From Octopus vulgaris (taxonomy: Eukaryota): DNA of 64,000 nucleotides. Within the stretch, counting starts at the first letter, position 1, and every line of letters begins with the position of its first letter. Of this stretch, positions 30,158 to 44,040 are shown piece by piece. The stretch spans positions 177,754,001-177,818,000 of the forward strand of contig OX597816.1 of NCBI GenBank assembly GCA_951406725.2. The letters are read 5' to 3'. The notes beneath the pieces were generated by a model. The model was not told the DNA's origin, searched no databases, and was given only the letters and a program-made list of their open reading frames with translations. The position numbers were made by a program, and so were the translations under genes.

Positions 30158-30323
30158 GGAGGGGTTTCTTTCACTTTCCGTCTAGCTAATCCACTCGCAA
30201 GACATTTTGTCGGCCCAAGGTACCATGTGGTTGGTAAGCAAGCTACTTACCACACACCTGCGCCAATATATATATATATATATATATTTCGCTCTGAGAT
30301 TTATCATTGTTTGATTACACTTT

Positions 30324-30385
<62 letters not shown>

Positions 30386-30831
30386 GGTTTGGAGATGATG
30401 TACAAGTATAATATATTAGAAGAAATGAGGTACTCAGAAATCTGGTTGGTTTTATATTTACAGATATTTATTAGTATGTTACATGTTTTTATACATCATA
30501 TATCATATATCATATATTAGCGTTTTCGTCCATTCTAGTGGAGTCTCCGAAAATTTACACAGATGATCCGGTGGTGATGCTGGGCTTTGTATTTTTTCAT
30601 AGCTCCGAGATAATCTACTATAATAATACTCTTGTGTTTATGAATGAGAAACAAAGGAGTGATATCATGCTTGGGAGTGTACGCTGAAAAAAATAAATCA
30701 ACCAGCGTTTCAACTCTGTGTGAATATATGTGGGTGTATGTTAAAGGAGGTATGTGGATGTGGATGTTTGTGCGCGCGCGCGCGTGCGTGCGTGTGCAAT
30801 GGAAGTGGGATGGTTCATCTTTGTTCGCTAA

Positions 30832-30987
30832 GGCCAAACACTAACAACGACAGGCCTTCATTCAGGCCAACCATGCTTCTCGCACGGCCAATTATACGTC
30901 AGATGCTCAAGAGTCGGATGCAAAAACCTCCTTTTCGTGTTCGCCCTGAAAGCCAAAATGAAAAATGTCGTCTACCGTGAGGTGGTG
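30832..30987 (+). pseudogene. Helitron RepHel PIF1-type helicase C-terminal fragment
   Basis: Frame absent from the ORF track: GQTLTTTGLHSGQPCFSHGQLYVRCSRVGCKNLLFVFALKAKMKNVVYREVV, matching GQTL..PCFSHGQLYVACSRV..NVVY.EV. Confidence 0.85.
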
Positions 30988-31126
30988 TGGGCCATCCAAC
31001 ATGCCGCAGCTTCCTTATCGAACCGGTTTATGGTGAGTGAATACTATTGTTGCCATTCTTTCAAAATTACCTGATTTTCTTAAATGAATATATCAAATAT
31101 ATCAAATGAATATATCAAACCTAAAA

Positions 31127-31342
31127 AGGCGGCGAGCTGGCAGAATCGTTAGCACACCGGGTAAAATGCTTAGTGGCATTTTGTCCGTCTTTACATTTTG
31201 AGTTGTTCAAATTCCGCCTAGGTCGACTTTGCCTTTCACTTTTCGAGGTCGATAAAATAAGTACCAGCTGAGCACTGGGGTCGATGTAATCGCCTTAAGC
31301 CCGCCCTCAAAACTGCTGGCCTTGTGGCAAAATCTGAAACCA
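31127..31342 (+). mobile_element. tRNA-derived SINE family B with TSD
   Basis: Flanked by ATATATCAAA(C/T)CTAAA direct repeats. Confidence 0.85.
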
Positions 31343-31430
31343 ATATATCAAATCTAAATTATTAAAGTGTTTATGTAAAGGGATTAATAAATATGTCAAC
31401 CCCAATAATTAAATATATCAAGTAAAGATA

Positions 31431-31939
31431 TCTATATAAAACTGTAGTTGTGTGAGTGTCTGTCCCCTTCGATTTAGATTCCTAACTACTCCCACATTTT
31501 GCGGTGCAGTTTAACCAAATTCGGGTATCTTATAGTCGTGATTCATATCGAGCCCGTCTGAGTACTAGCGCGCGTCTACGATGAGTCTACGATTTTAAAA
31601 ATAATTTAACATCATTTTTTATTCCATTTTAATGCATAATTTTTCGTGTGTCGATGGCGGCGGAGTTGGCGTCCACGCTCACAGCTGCACCTGTTTGCTT
31701 CTCCCCCTTCTTCCCTCCCTCGTGAAGCTGTGGGGAAGGGAGTGTAAGGAAATCAACGTTGTAAAGCGTTGTCAAGGAGACCAGCGTTCTTTTAGAACAA
31801 CGACTTCATGGCTTGAAGACACCAAAACAGAAATGGCTAAGAAAGCCCGAATTGGCATCTATAAGGGAAGTAACTCTCTAAAAATGCTTATATAGTTATT
31901 TCCCTTACAAACCCGAGCAACGCCGGGCGATACTGCTAG
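31431..31939 (+). mobile_element. Non-autonomous Helitron
   Basis: A|TC start, subterminal hairpin CCCGAGCAACGCCGGG, CTAG|T end; near-identical copy at 50289-50801. Confidence 0.92.
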
Positions 31940-32182
31940 TTAAATATAAAATCTATAAAACTATTAATAATCAACAAATTAATAGAAATGTCAGCTAACG
32001 TGATAAATTTTCCCAGTTACATAAATAATAAATAAGACAAGTTGAAGACTCGATCATTTATCAGATGATGCATTTCATTACTCAACTATTTATATATATA
32101 ACCATTAGCATGACTATTAAATATGCGATATCGCTTCATGAAATGTCACACTGTTTTAATTATTTTTTAGACTGATATTTTA

Positions 32183-32610
32183 TAGGCACAGGAGTGGCTG
32201 TGTGGTAAGTAGCTTGCTAACCAATCACATGGTTCCGGGTTCAGTCCCACTGTGTGGCATCTTGGGCAAGTGTCTTCTGCTATGGCCCCGGGCCGACCAA
32301 TGCCTTGTCGGAAACTGAAAGAAGACGGAAACTGAAAGAAGCCCGTCGTATATATGTATATATATATATGTGTGTGTGTGCGTGTATCTTTGTGTCTGTG
32401 TTTGTCCCCCTAGCATTGCTTGACAACCGATGCTGGTGTGTGTTTACGTCCCCGTCACTTAGCGGTTCGGCAAAAGAGACCGATAGAATAAGTACTGGGC
32501 TTACAAAGAATAAGTCCCGGGGTCGAGTTGCTCGATTAAAGGCGGAGCTCCAGCATGGCCGCAGTCAAAGGACTGAAACAAGTAAAAGAGTAAAAAAAAG
32601 AGTAAAGAGT
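32183..32610 (+). mobile_element. SINE family A
   Basis: Head to tail present, small internal rearrangement. Confidence 0.92.
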
Positions 32611-35390
32611 ATATGCAATGATCAGATACATTTAGCAAGAAAGAAAATCTTAACGTAGCTTCTGGCAATATAAAAATAATTATTACCAAATAAATAAACG
32701 GTCTCTAATAATACAGAAGGGAAATATTGAAAATGACATTGCCAGTGTGTAGGAATGGAATCATACTATTGAATTATCGTTTATAGCTGATTCACGCTGT
32801 TATGAAGTATGGATGTCCAGCATTATTTTCATATCCGTTGTGTACATAATGTTGATTTACGCAGCTTCTTAGGATAGCTGTTCGGTGCATTTCTACTGTA
32901 TAACATCATACTTACATCTTTGAACAACTAGAAGCATCAAGATGTTAGCATTTTAATGCCCTCCATATGTCGTAAGAAATCCGTCTTGTTATTTATTTCT
33001 TCAGTACTTTTTGCATCTCGGATACGATACGATGACAACATAACCAATTTTCTCACGTTACATTATCCGTTAAGGTTGGGATTTTCTTCTTATAGCAAAA
33101 GATTATTTCTCATTCTATATCTATATACAAGCAGCTCTTTAAGATATGAAATGTTTTTTGAAGAAAAATATAACTATATAGTACATGCATAAATATTTGC
33201 ATAATGAAAATAGCACTTTTCATAAATTAGCCAGACTATCTGATATAGCTGTTGGGTATTTGCTAGAATATGTAGAGCAACCTACTTAAATACTGATGGG
33301 TGTGGAATGATGCCAAGCAATACGCAGTTTTATTTACGTCTTATTATTGATGGTGGGGCTATAAACATTGTTTGTTACTAGCGACTGTATTACTCTTAGC
33401 TTTAGAATGAATCTGTTCCGGGTTGAAGAAAATACAATCAATTTGATTCTTTGAGTTCATTCTGTATCATCCAAATATTTTTAAAGAAAATATGATTCAA
33501 TAAACCTTCATGATTATTATTTTGCTACATTATAATGCATCTGTACTCTGTGTGACTAAAGAAATTATCATCATTTGTGACTTACGATGGTTTATAACAA
33601 TTAAAGACGTATTCAACTTTATCGATTTCTTTAAACTGAAACTCAGGCTCCGTGTGAAACAAACACCTTTCTCTAATCTCAACATACATAAATTCATCTG
33701 TTTTATGCCAGCCAAACATCCGCACTCCACCACACTTCAGTTTCAGTTTCAAACTCTCCAACCATTATGAATTCAACTCGTATTTTACTCCCATTTGGAC
33801 CAAATTCAAACCGTTTTTTTATCCACAATAAACGAATGCAGCCTTCTACGTAATTCCAAGCTCAAGTGTCGCTCTGTAATCAAGTCTTATAATATATGTT
33901 CCTTTCCCTTATTTATATCAGTAAAGTTGTATAGAAAGTAATACGATAGTGAGTTTTCGGTAAACGTTAAAAATAAATTTTTGATAAGGATTTCTCTCAT
34001 GACACTTGAAGCCATCAACATGTCAGCAATATACGCGTTAATAGACCAATGGTCACTAGTTATTTTCAAAGAGATTTGATAGACTCGTTATTATACTTCT
34101 ATTTGAGAAGTCCTCTAAAAAAGAATCATACTCTGGCTTAAAAAGAATTACTTCGATTCAATTCCTCTTATTAGTGGTTTCAATAAAAACTGTTGCTTCT
34201 CATCAGCTCTTTTTTTGTAACATTCACGTCCTCCAAGGAACAACGAAAAGAAAACCTATATTTAAAAAAAATGTATTCATGACTTTAAGGTTTTAAATAT
34301 GTTTTATTTCATCTTTGTTGCTTAATTTTGTTAGGAAACACTTATTTCAATCCATTTTCAGTTTTGCTCGAAGATACAGATTATCAAAGATTTCAGGAAA
34401 GCCTAATTTAAGTGACACACCCTTAAAATGCTGATCCAAATCATATACCTTCATATATTTGTTTGTCGTTATCATTTTCTACGTTTCAATATTTCGACCG
34501 TTTTTACACAAAATGTTTTACGAGATAAATGTCTCCGATTAAATTTTTAAATTGAAATCTTCAAACAAAAGGCAATTCGGTGAAGATGTAATTTTATAAT
34601 CTGAAATCTGAAAAAAAGAACAATATCTTCAGCATAATTATCTATTTTAAAGATGGTAGGATAGAGTTTGAAGTTTAGTTGCTGATTAGAGTACGTTGAG
34701 TTAATGTTTAGCCGTTCTTATACTCTCTTAAGGAGAGATCATTTACCAAATTCGTACGATCTGCTAGAGAAGTGCATCCTTTTCTCTCTGAAATCGCACA
34801 TCAAACCTCTTCAAAAAGTAATGATACATTGGGCAAAGTAGTCCTAGATATACAAAAGTGAGATAGACACATCTGAAATGCTTTCCCTCATAGATCTGCT
34901 AGAAAAGAGTTGCCATGGGGCTACACAACAACAGCACAAACTGTGGACTAGTAAACTATCTTTAGAATAAAAAAACAACACTCTAAAGTTTGCAATTTTC
35001 CTAATGGAAAGCTACAAGTGTCTATTCCATGATCCACTCTTTTCCACCTGTACCTGAATGAATTTTCCCCAGACCTCAAAACACACATGCTGTTACATAT
35101 CCAGATGATACCTAACTCACATTTTTCAGAAATTCTCTTAACACAGATATACCCCAACTACACCAAAGCTACAGCCATGAACTACAAGACTGCCATCAAG
35201 ACACCAGACTTAAGATAGCACTCACCAAAACCTCTGTCCCTTTTCTTACCAGTAACACAAGATAACATTAGATATAACCAACAATCGTGTTCAATGATAT
35301 AAACACCATACACGCAGAAAACACACCACCTCCACAACATTTGTATCATATGTGGAAGGTATTGTGAAACCAAAACAGTATACAATCATA

Positions 35391-35623
35391 AGGCGGAGAG
35401 CTGGTAGAAACGTTAGCGTGCCGGGCGAAGTGCTTTGCGGTATTTCGTCTGCCGCTACGTTGTGAGTTCAAATTCCACCGAGGTCGACATTACCTTTCAT
35501 CCTTTCGGGGTCGATAAATTAAGTACCAGTTACGCACTGGGGTCGATGTAATCGACTTAATACCTATGTCTGTCCTTGTTTGTCCCTTCTATGTTTAGCC
35601 CATTGTGGGTAATAAAGAAATAG
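35391..35623 (+). mobile_element. SINE family B with 13-bp TSD
   Basis: GTATACAATCATA at 35378-35390 and 35624-35636. Confidence 0.92.
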
Positions 35624-36284
35624 GTATACAATCATACTGAGATCACATTGGCTAGCAATGACACAATAACAAAAGTGTTGAAGCAATACATTAGATCTCT
35701 AATGGATTATACCAACCCTTTCGTGATTTTCAATCCTTCCATAACAAAGCAACGAACTACACAGAAAACAGAACATCCCACTTCGCTTTATGAGATATAG
35801 TTCAAAGACAGTAGACATAGATCATCTACACAATGAAAGAAATTCAGAAGAAATAAAAGAGACCCCATGAACATATAAGGGAGACAGTTTGTTGTCCCAA
35901 CCAATTTTAGTCTTCACAGTTCCCGTAGCTACACGAAAGCTACCCTCCAACAATTCAGGTGCACATACAGCAATTCAAAGCAATTACTACCATCATAGTA
36001 TCCTGAAAACCCTATGTTTCTCACTCAGCTTACACAAACACGATAAAAAATTGCAGACACAGAAGTAGCCATTAAATCAATAATTCCATTGGTTCTTAGA
36101 GGGACAGTAACAGTCACAAAGTGACAAAAACCACTTTGTCTGCTTCTGCTGTAGCTGTTAGCTGAAACTTAAGACGTACAGAAATAGTCTGAACAGCAGA
36201 GATAATTAATGTCCAAATGGCACCGCCATAGTTGCATTTGAGAGGAGGGTGAAATGTAATTAGTAACTGGACAGAAGCATGGAA

Positions 36285-36686
36285 TCTTTATATATAAAAG
36301 TGAAGTTGTGTGTCTGTCTCCTACGATTTAGATTCCTAACTACTCCCACATTTTGTGGTGCAGTGTAACCAAAACCGGGTATCTTATAGTCGTGATTCAT
36401 ATCGAGCCCTTCTGCGTATTAGCGCGCGTCTACGATGAGTCTACGATTTTTAAAAAAATTTACAATCATTTTTTGCCATTTTTAATGCATTTTTTTGCTA
36501 TTATATAAGGGAAGTAACTCTCTAAAAATCTATTATTAAATCTCAGAACATAAAAAGCTACAGTAACACCCCCCCCCCCACTTTGTGGTTAGCCATATTG
36601 AGATGGCTATTATACTTTACATCTCTAAAAATGCTTATATAGTTATTTCCCTTACAAACCCGAGCAACGCCGGACGATACTGCTAG
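36285..36686 (+). mobile_element. Non-autonomous Helitron, variant subfamily
   Basis: A|TC..hairpin..CTAG|T; shares both ends with 31431-31939 but has a different middle. Confidence 0.9.
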
Positions 36687-36699
36687 TATACGATACAAC

Positions 36700-37760
36700 A
36701 GATCTGTAGGTTACGCCTAGTCTTTTGGTCGATCATCTTCCTGCTGCTGGTTTGCATTATCAGATACACCATTATTTTTTAAACTTTCTCGGATCTCTCT
36801 TTAGATCATGTTTTTCATCAGTGACTCGATTCCTGCGAATTCGGTCAACTATGATACATAGAAAATTAAAGTTTAATCATATTTATTTTATAATCCAAGA
36901 CATAATTGTACAAAAGCCTCTAAAATTACTTGATTTATTAATATGATGGATGGGCCAGTTGGAAGTAATTTTTTACATCTGGTTCAATATTAGTAAGAGG
37001 TATCTTCGACTTCTTGAAATCGGTCTGTCTTTCTAATTAACAGGCACCGAAACGGCATTAAATCCATGTTCGACCAAATAGGACAATGAATTCGCCAGTA
37101 GATCTTGGTTAAAACAGCCCATAATTTAGGATAATTTACAAATGTAAACTGATGTTGCAACCAGAAATGATGACTTCAGCTCTTCTTAAATTTGTTTTTT
37201 TTTTATTATCTTATTATTATTCAATTAATTCTCCCTGTAACTGTATTTCTGTTTCCTCAATACCTGAAAATGGGCTTAAAGCCATTCCGGAATTTCAAGG
37301 CAAGAATATCTGGAGAAGCCCTTAGGTAATACTGCAAAATGGTTACAGTGGGCCTATCGTTCAGAGAATTGTTTCTAATTTTGTTTGCTGCTACCATAAC
37401 AAAATATAACATTTAATAAATGTTAATGTTTTAAAGTAAAGGTAAATCCTATTTAATCTATTCCCGACTGCGATGCCCTGCCATTTTAAATTACTGTTTT
37501 TATATTTCACAACCTTCTTTTTCATTTCTCTCACTACATACATACATACATACATACATACATACATACATACATACATGATATGATATATGTGATATTT
37601 GTAAAGATGTACAATAATACATTAGCAATACTTGCAGCTAATTTTCTTAATGACTCTTCAAATCTAAAATTTATAAAAAAGATTAAATGCAGAGCGTCAT
37701 TATACTCGTGGCTCTGCAGTAAATAACGACTTGATATAGTTTCTTCTCCGTTGACCGCTT
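36700..37760 (-). mobile_element. Decayed hAT (Buster/Charlie-like) transposase C-terminus
   Basis: Minus-strand FWLQ..YPKLW, SYLVEHGFNAV and LTNIEPDVKKL..AHPS in broken frames. Confidence 0.55.
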
Positions 37761-40700
37761 ATCATTTTTACCCTTCATATTGTAAACATTATACTACACG
37801 ACTGAAAGACTTAGAACGTAGTTTCACGAAATAAGTTCCAATCCATATACACCATAAACTATAACGAGTGCAATGGTGTAAGAAGTAAACTGGCGGCAAA
37901 GTAGGATGTAGTGTAGTTTCAATTCCTTCGTGGAATCATTTTACTTCATTCACACCTTTAAGTAGCATTCACAAAAACAAGAACAGTCCTCTTTCCATTT
38001 CTGTCGGCTTCAAACAAAAACCACTGTCAAAACTAAACCACCAATATACATAAGAAGTTACACCCATTTCCATATCACTCTTGCTACTCCTTCTTGGTAC
38101 TGGGTCAGTGAATTCACTTGATAAATCACTATTTTATGGAAATTCTTTCATTTTCACTTTATTTTTCATTGACGCTATCTTTCCCAGTCATTCCAGTTAT
38201 TTCTTTCCTTATCTATCTATCACTCTCCACCTCTGTCACTCTACTTATGACTGTCTATCACTTTCCTTCTCTCTTTCCCTTTCTCATTCCTTTATCCCAT
38301 ATCTCTATTTGTTCCCCGTCTTTCCATGTTTATTCTTTCTATTCTTTTTTCCCCAGCACTAAATCGTTATTATTACTAACCCGACATCAAAAGCAGAGAA
38401 TGTGTAAATTCTGTTGATGTTATCGCATCAACCGGACATTTGCGTTAAAAAAATCCCACACAAAACATAGATAATATTTCAGGGTAGCCCCTTTTTCTCA
38501 CTCTCTTACCTATCTAAATATTTATCAGGCACTATTTATTCTGTCGTCTTTTCTTTAACCCTCAGTACGGTGAGATCGTTAGAAGTTAATTCCTTTTCAA
38601 AGTTTCCCTCCTCAAACGCAACGCTATAAGGTTGGGGGAGAAAAAAGTGAATAAATTCCGTGCCAAGCTAGTCTTTCTAGACCGCCCTTAAGACATTAAC
38701 ATGGTAATTGTGACTCTGATTTTAACCCAGGAGACCTTTGCTCGACACATAAAAATGATAGAATCTTCAGTAAAACACAGGATAGATTGAAACACTTGCC
38801 TGTTGTCTTTGTTTGCATCAACTATTTTTTCTTTCTCCTGATTGATTTACAGTTTTTCTTATAATCTTGCCTTTAACAGTTTCTTTGACTTCTTTTCTTA
38901 TTGTCTCATTTTCTTTTCTACAAGAAGTAAGCTCCCTGTTAAATGTGTGCGGTTTCCATTCTAAGTGTAAGCTAGTTTACATTACTTTAATCTATTACTT
39001 CTCTTGAGAATGAAAGGAATCTCACACAACTTCATTCTCTTCCCCAATAAATATATTAAAACGTGCATGACTAAAACTGTGTTGGTTCTGTAACACACAT
39101 TATCAGAGATGCTTTGTTACTTAACTTTTGTTGTACCTTCTATTTTTAAAGCTTAAATTTAGTGATAAATAATCTTCAGGGAGGAGTACTTCCTTTTTTT
39201 TTTTTTTTTTACATAAATATTTCTGATGCTTAAAAACCATATTGAACATTTGAGCACTTTGAACATTGAATCGTATTTATTTAGGTATTGAATCGCCACT
39301 TAATTTAATTCAACAAGAACTTATATTTCAATAGAATTGAAGCCATATTTGTTAGACCAAAATAGGCCGCTAGATCCAAATCGGAGCAAAAGCATCTTGT
39401 TGACAATTTAAAATTACCTAAATTACCATGGATTTCAATAATATAAGCTTTAAAGTATAAGATAGGTTCCTTATTCAAGGATGCTTGCCTTCAATCAGCT
39501 GACTTTCACATCCACTTTTCATTCTCAGTTTGACTCAATACACCTTATTTACGTATTATATGAGCTTGCTTGGCGTTACATTAATTTGCCGTGGAATGGA
39601 CTCATACTACGTTGACTTTCCACTGACACATTATATAAAAGGAATATTTGTGCTGATAATCAAATAAGTCCAGTGGATTAGGGGGAATTTCATTGACAAT
39701 CTAAATATTACATCCGGTTCTGTGGTGATGTGAAGGTAGAAATTTTGCAATGAACAAGTAAAAATCTTAAGCAAAATATTCGTGAACATTTTTCAATAAG
39801 TTTTCAATTTAAAACAAACATTGTGAAATTTAGAAATATTTAATGTAATGAAAGACACCATCCGCATGAAAAACAATAATTAAACTAGTATTAGCATATT
39901 CGATGAAGGTACCAGCAAAATTTAATTAGAAATACTTCAGTGGTAAAAGGAAAACAACAAAATTCTGCTCATGTCTCTGTCATAGACCACACCAATGAAG
40001 CATAAACATGTCAAAGTGGGCCTGGTAAAACTAAGTTAATGTATCATTAAAACTAAGTTAATGCTTTGAATTGCTGTATGTGCACCTGAATTGTTGGAGG
40101 GTAGCTTTCGTGTAGCTACGGGAACTGTGAAGACTAAAATTGGTTGGGACAACAAACTGTCTCCCTTATATGTTCATGGGGTCTCTTTTATTTCTTCTGA
40201 ATTTCTTTCATTGTGTAGATGATCTATGTCTACTGTCTTTGTACTATATCTCATAAAGCGAAGTGGGATGTTCTGTTTTCTGTGTAGTTCGTTGCTTTGT
40301 TATGGAAGGATTGAAAATCACGAATGGGTTGGTATAATCCATTAGAGATCTAATGTATTGCTTCAACACTTTTGTGTGTAGGCGTGAAAAATTAAGGGTT
40401 TTTTTTAAATCAAATCATTGAAATTACTTAAATTCGCAATCTGCTTGCAAAATAATTATCAAGTTACAGATTTTTCATGCAGTGAAAATTAAGAATAATT
40501 ATATAATGGTGTAAAGTGTATATTTATTGGATTTTTCATCAGTACTTTATCTAATACGTTGATGTCTATGATTCGCAAAGGAGAATTAATAAGACAAAAA
40601 CATATCCGGGGAATGTCTCTTCTTGCTGAAATGATTCACTCATCTTTCTCAAATCGCACCTTACTCTCATAAGAAAAATAACACATTGACTAAGTCCTGA

Positions 40701-40766
40701 ATATAGTGTACCCTAGCAAACACACACACACACACGCACACACACGCACACACTCACACACGCGCG

Positions 40767-40809
<43 letters not shown>

Positions 40810-41069
40810 GTCTAAACTTGAAAAACTCGAATACCACTAGTCAGTTTGATCAGAGTTAACATGAAACTAAACAACATCCTTGAATCATTTATTCAGGCTT
40901 AACAAATAATGATTAAAACGTATCTACTAAGACAGCAATATCTACTACTAAAGTTAATGGGATTGTTTCGGTTATGATAGTATGCAAGCTTGGGACAGGG
41001 AGCATAAATAAAGCCCGTGAGACGTACAATACTCGTAATATTTATTCATATATTGTGGAATGGGCATGA

Positions 41070-41480
41070 GAAAGGGGGAGAGCTGGAAAGAGAGAGAAGG
41101 AGAGAAAGAGGGGAAGAGAGAGAAAGAGAAAGAGAGAAGAGAATGAGAGAGAGAGAAGAGAAAGAGAGAAGAGAATGAGAGAGAGGGAAGAGAAAGAGAG
41201 AAGAGAATGAGAGAGAGGGAAGAGAAAGAGAGAAGAGAATGAGAGAGAGGGAAGAGAAAGAGAGAAGAGAATGAGAGAGAGGGAAGAGAAAGAGAGAAGA
41301 GAATGAGAGAGAGAGAAGAGAAAGAGAGAAGAGAATGAGAGAGAGGGAAGAGAAAGAGAGAGAGAGAGAGAGAAGAGAGAGGAAAAAGAGAGAGGGGAAA
41401 GAGAGGAAGAAAAAGAAAGGAAGAAAGAAAGACAAAAAGAAAAAAAAGAAGGAAAGAAAGCGTGAGACGAGAGAGAGAGA
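41070..41480. repeat. Polypurine tract with 32-bp minisatellite (about 7 units)
   Basis: GAATG recurs every 32 nt from about 41141 to 41337. Confidence 0.9.
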
Positions 41481-42379
41481 GTTCTGTCCCTGTAGTTACT
41501 TTCAATTCTTTTTAATTTCCAAAATTACATCAACATCAAAACCCAGAAAGGTGTTGATTATATATAAATGTTGGGAGAGAGGTGGGGAGAGAGGGGCGAT
41601 TATGGTAATAATAATCGCAAAAAGAAAAATTAGAACCAGATTTTGGGGGGAAATGGCAAATGTTAGAGGTGGGAAGGTATCCCAAAGAATGTAGATATTA
41701 CATATGTAATCTAAATTTAGAACATAATCATTAATTTTGGATCCGAAATTACAAGCATTTTAACGTAGATGCTTATAGCTAAAGCTAAACTAAACATGTC
41801 AGCTATGATTCTAGTAGAAAAATGTACTGTAATAACCAATGATTATGATTACGTTTTCGGAAATGTGAGCCTTCTGTATTTTCTGTTTCTTTGAAATCTT
41901 TAGAGTTAGGTTTAAGTTTACACCACTAAAAATATTCTCTAACGATTTGTTGAAATTAAGCCAAAGTATCACTTTCTCTGTCTGCACTAAATCTGAAATA
42001 CAGATACAAATTTAAAATACAGCAGACGTACCTCGTATATTTCAAATTTAGAATTATAAGCAAATATTTTTTTTTAATAACAGGTGACATAACTGTGTAA
42101 AAATCTCCAAAATAAAACGGGACTTAAGTGAATTCATCGTTTGTTTCTCGCTTGTTTCAGTCATTAGACTTCAGCCATGCTGAGGTACGACCTTGAATGA
42201 ATCAACCTCGATACTTATCTTTTAAGCCTGGTACTTATTCTATCGGTTTCTTTTGCCGAACCGCTAAGTTATGGGGATGCAAACATACCAGCATCGGTTG
42301 ACAAGCGGTAGTGGGGAGATAAACAGAAACAAACACAAACACACACACACACAAAAAAAAAAAACACACACACACAATA

Positions 42380-42414
<35 letters not shown>

Positions 42415-42416
<2 letters not shown>

Positions 42417-42611
42417 GGAGTAAACACATGAATGTGAAACAAGGTGGAAAAAAGAGTACTCAAATACCAGGAGTAGAGTAATATGCTTTATTTAAAAGCA
42501 GCAGAAATTCAACAAAACCTGTTACTCGGAGTTTCACGTTCCCGTTCGTCCGACGAACGGGAGCGTGAAACTCCGAGTAACAGGTTTTGTTGAATTTCTG
42601 CTGTTTTAAAT

Positions 42612-42615
<4 letters not shown>
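42415..42615 (-). mobile_element. Short PLE-type element, same family as 2453-2672
   Basis: Near-perfect palindrome centred at about 42551 inside the HHR core; tail 42415-42487. Confidence 0.8.
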
Positions 42616-42659
<44 letters not shown>

Positions 42660-42669
<10 letters not shown>

Positions 42670-43042
42670 TACATTAAAAGGCTTCCAATAAAGAAGCAAG
42701 TGCTAGATACATAAAGAGGGGATAACTTCACGAAATGGAAAGAAAATTAATTATAGCTTGGATTATAAAGGCTTCTTGCTGACTAGTCCGGCCTTGGCAG
42801 ATGTATTCTATCCATTTGCTAAAAAAAGACGAAACTGCAGTACAAGATTGGCTGAGATGGTAAACGTTTTTAATTTTCTTTCCATTTCGAGAATTTATCC
42901 CCTCCTTGTGTATCTAGCACTTGCTTCTTTATTGGAAGCCTTTTAATGTACTTATATATGAATAACGTATAGTCTAATGACTAATTCGTCTTTTGTGCTA
43001 GGTCACTGGTAATAATAATTTATTTTTATTACCCTTTTTACT

Positions 43043-43050
<8 letters not shown>
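42660..43050 (+). mobile_element. Short PLE-type element: ~90-bp inverted arms enclosing an HHR, plus tail
   Basis: 42660-42750 inverted at 42870-42958; TCTTG-CTGACTA-GTC..GAC-GAAA-CTGCAG-TA-CAAGA at 42774-42847 (G8 mutated). Confidence 0.8.
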
Positions 43051-43099
<49 letters not shown>

Positions 43100-43258
43100 T
43101 CAAAAATATAAGGAATGGCCATAATAGGGCATTCGACTCACTAGAAAGAGCAGTCAAACTCAAACCGCTAATAGTTATAATTCTGAAATTGAAAGAGAAA
43201 TAAAAACGTTTACCCCTTTCATCTCTGGACTATGCATAGTTTCGGCAAACTTTGGTAA

Positions 43259-43329
<71 letters not shown>

Positions 43330-44040
43330 TACAACGGGCTTCTTTCAGTTTCCGTCTACCAAATCCACTCACAAGGCTTTGCTCGGCCCGAAGCTATAGT
43401 AGAAAACACTTACCCAAGTGCCACGCAGTGAGACTGAACTCGGAAACATTAGGTTGGAAAGCATGCTTTTTATCATACAGCTACGCCGGCCTAATCTTTC
43501 TCCATATAAAATTCTTTGTGTCTTTTTGCCCGTCTGTCTGTCTGTCTATCTGTTTCCAATCAATTTGGTATTACGTGTCAAAAGTGAAAGAATAAGATCT
43601 ATATTGTAATATGGTATAATATTGTTTCATTTTTATTCTTTCACTTTTAATTCTAATGTGATAACACTAAGATCATCTTATTTCTATTGCATTTGAAATA
43701 AACAAATAATTGATATCCTGTGAACAACATTACGCATCGGTAACTTTCCGTCTGTACGACCACGACAGCGGAATGGTGTGTCAGTGTATGTGCGTTGACT
43801 GACATAATGAAAGGCTAGAGGTGAAACTCTTGACAAAACACGTTCAATTACCAGTTAATAATAATCGCAGCATCACAAGGTTGCGAGGTACTTACAATGA
43901 CAAATTAGCAGTTTATACAGGTTCTATTTGGTTAATTTGCTTATATTTGGTTAATTTATACTGCCTACAAAAATAAAAACATACAATACATACATACAAC
44001 TGCTTACAAAAATAGAGAATAATGTATGATTTTTCTATAC

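Noticed and set aside
31632-31895. 87-aa ORF duplicated at 50333-50596
   Set aside because: Lies within non-autonomous Helitron copies; similarity reflects transposition, not a conserved gene.
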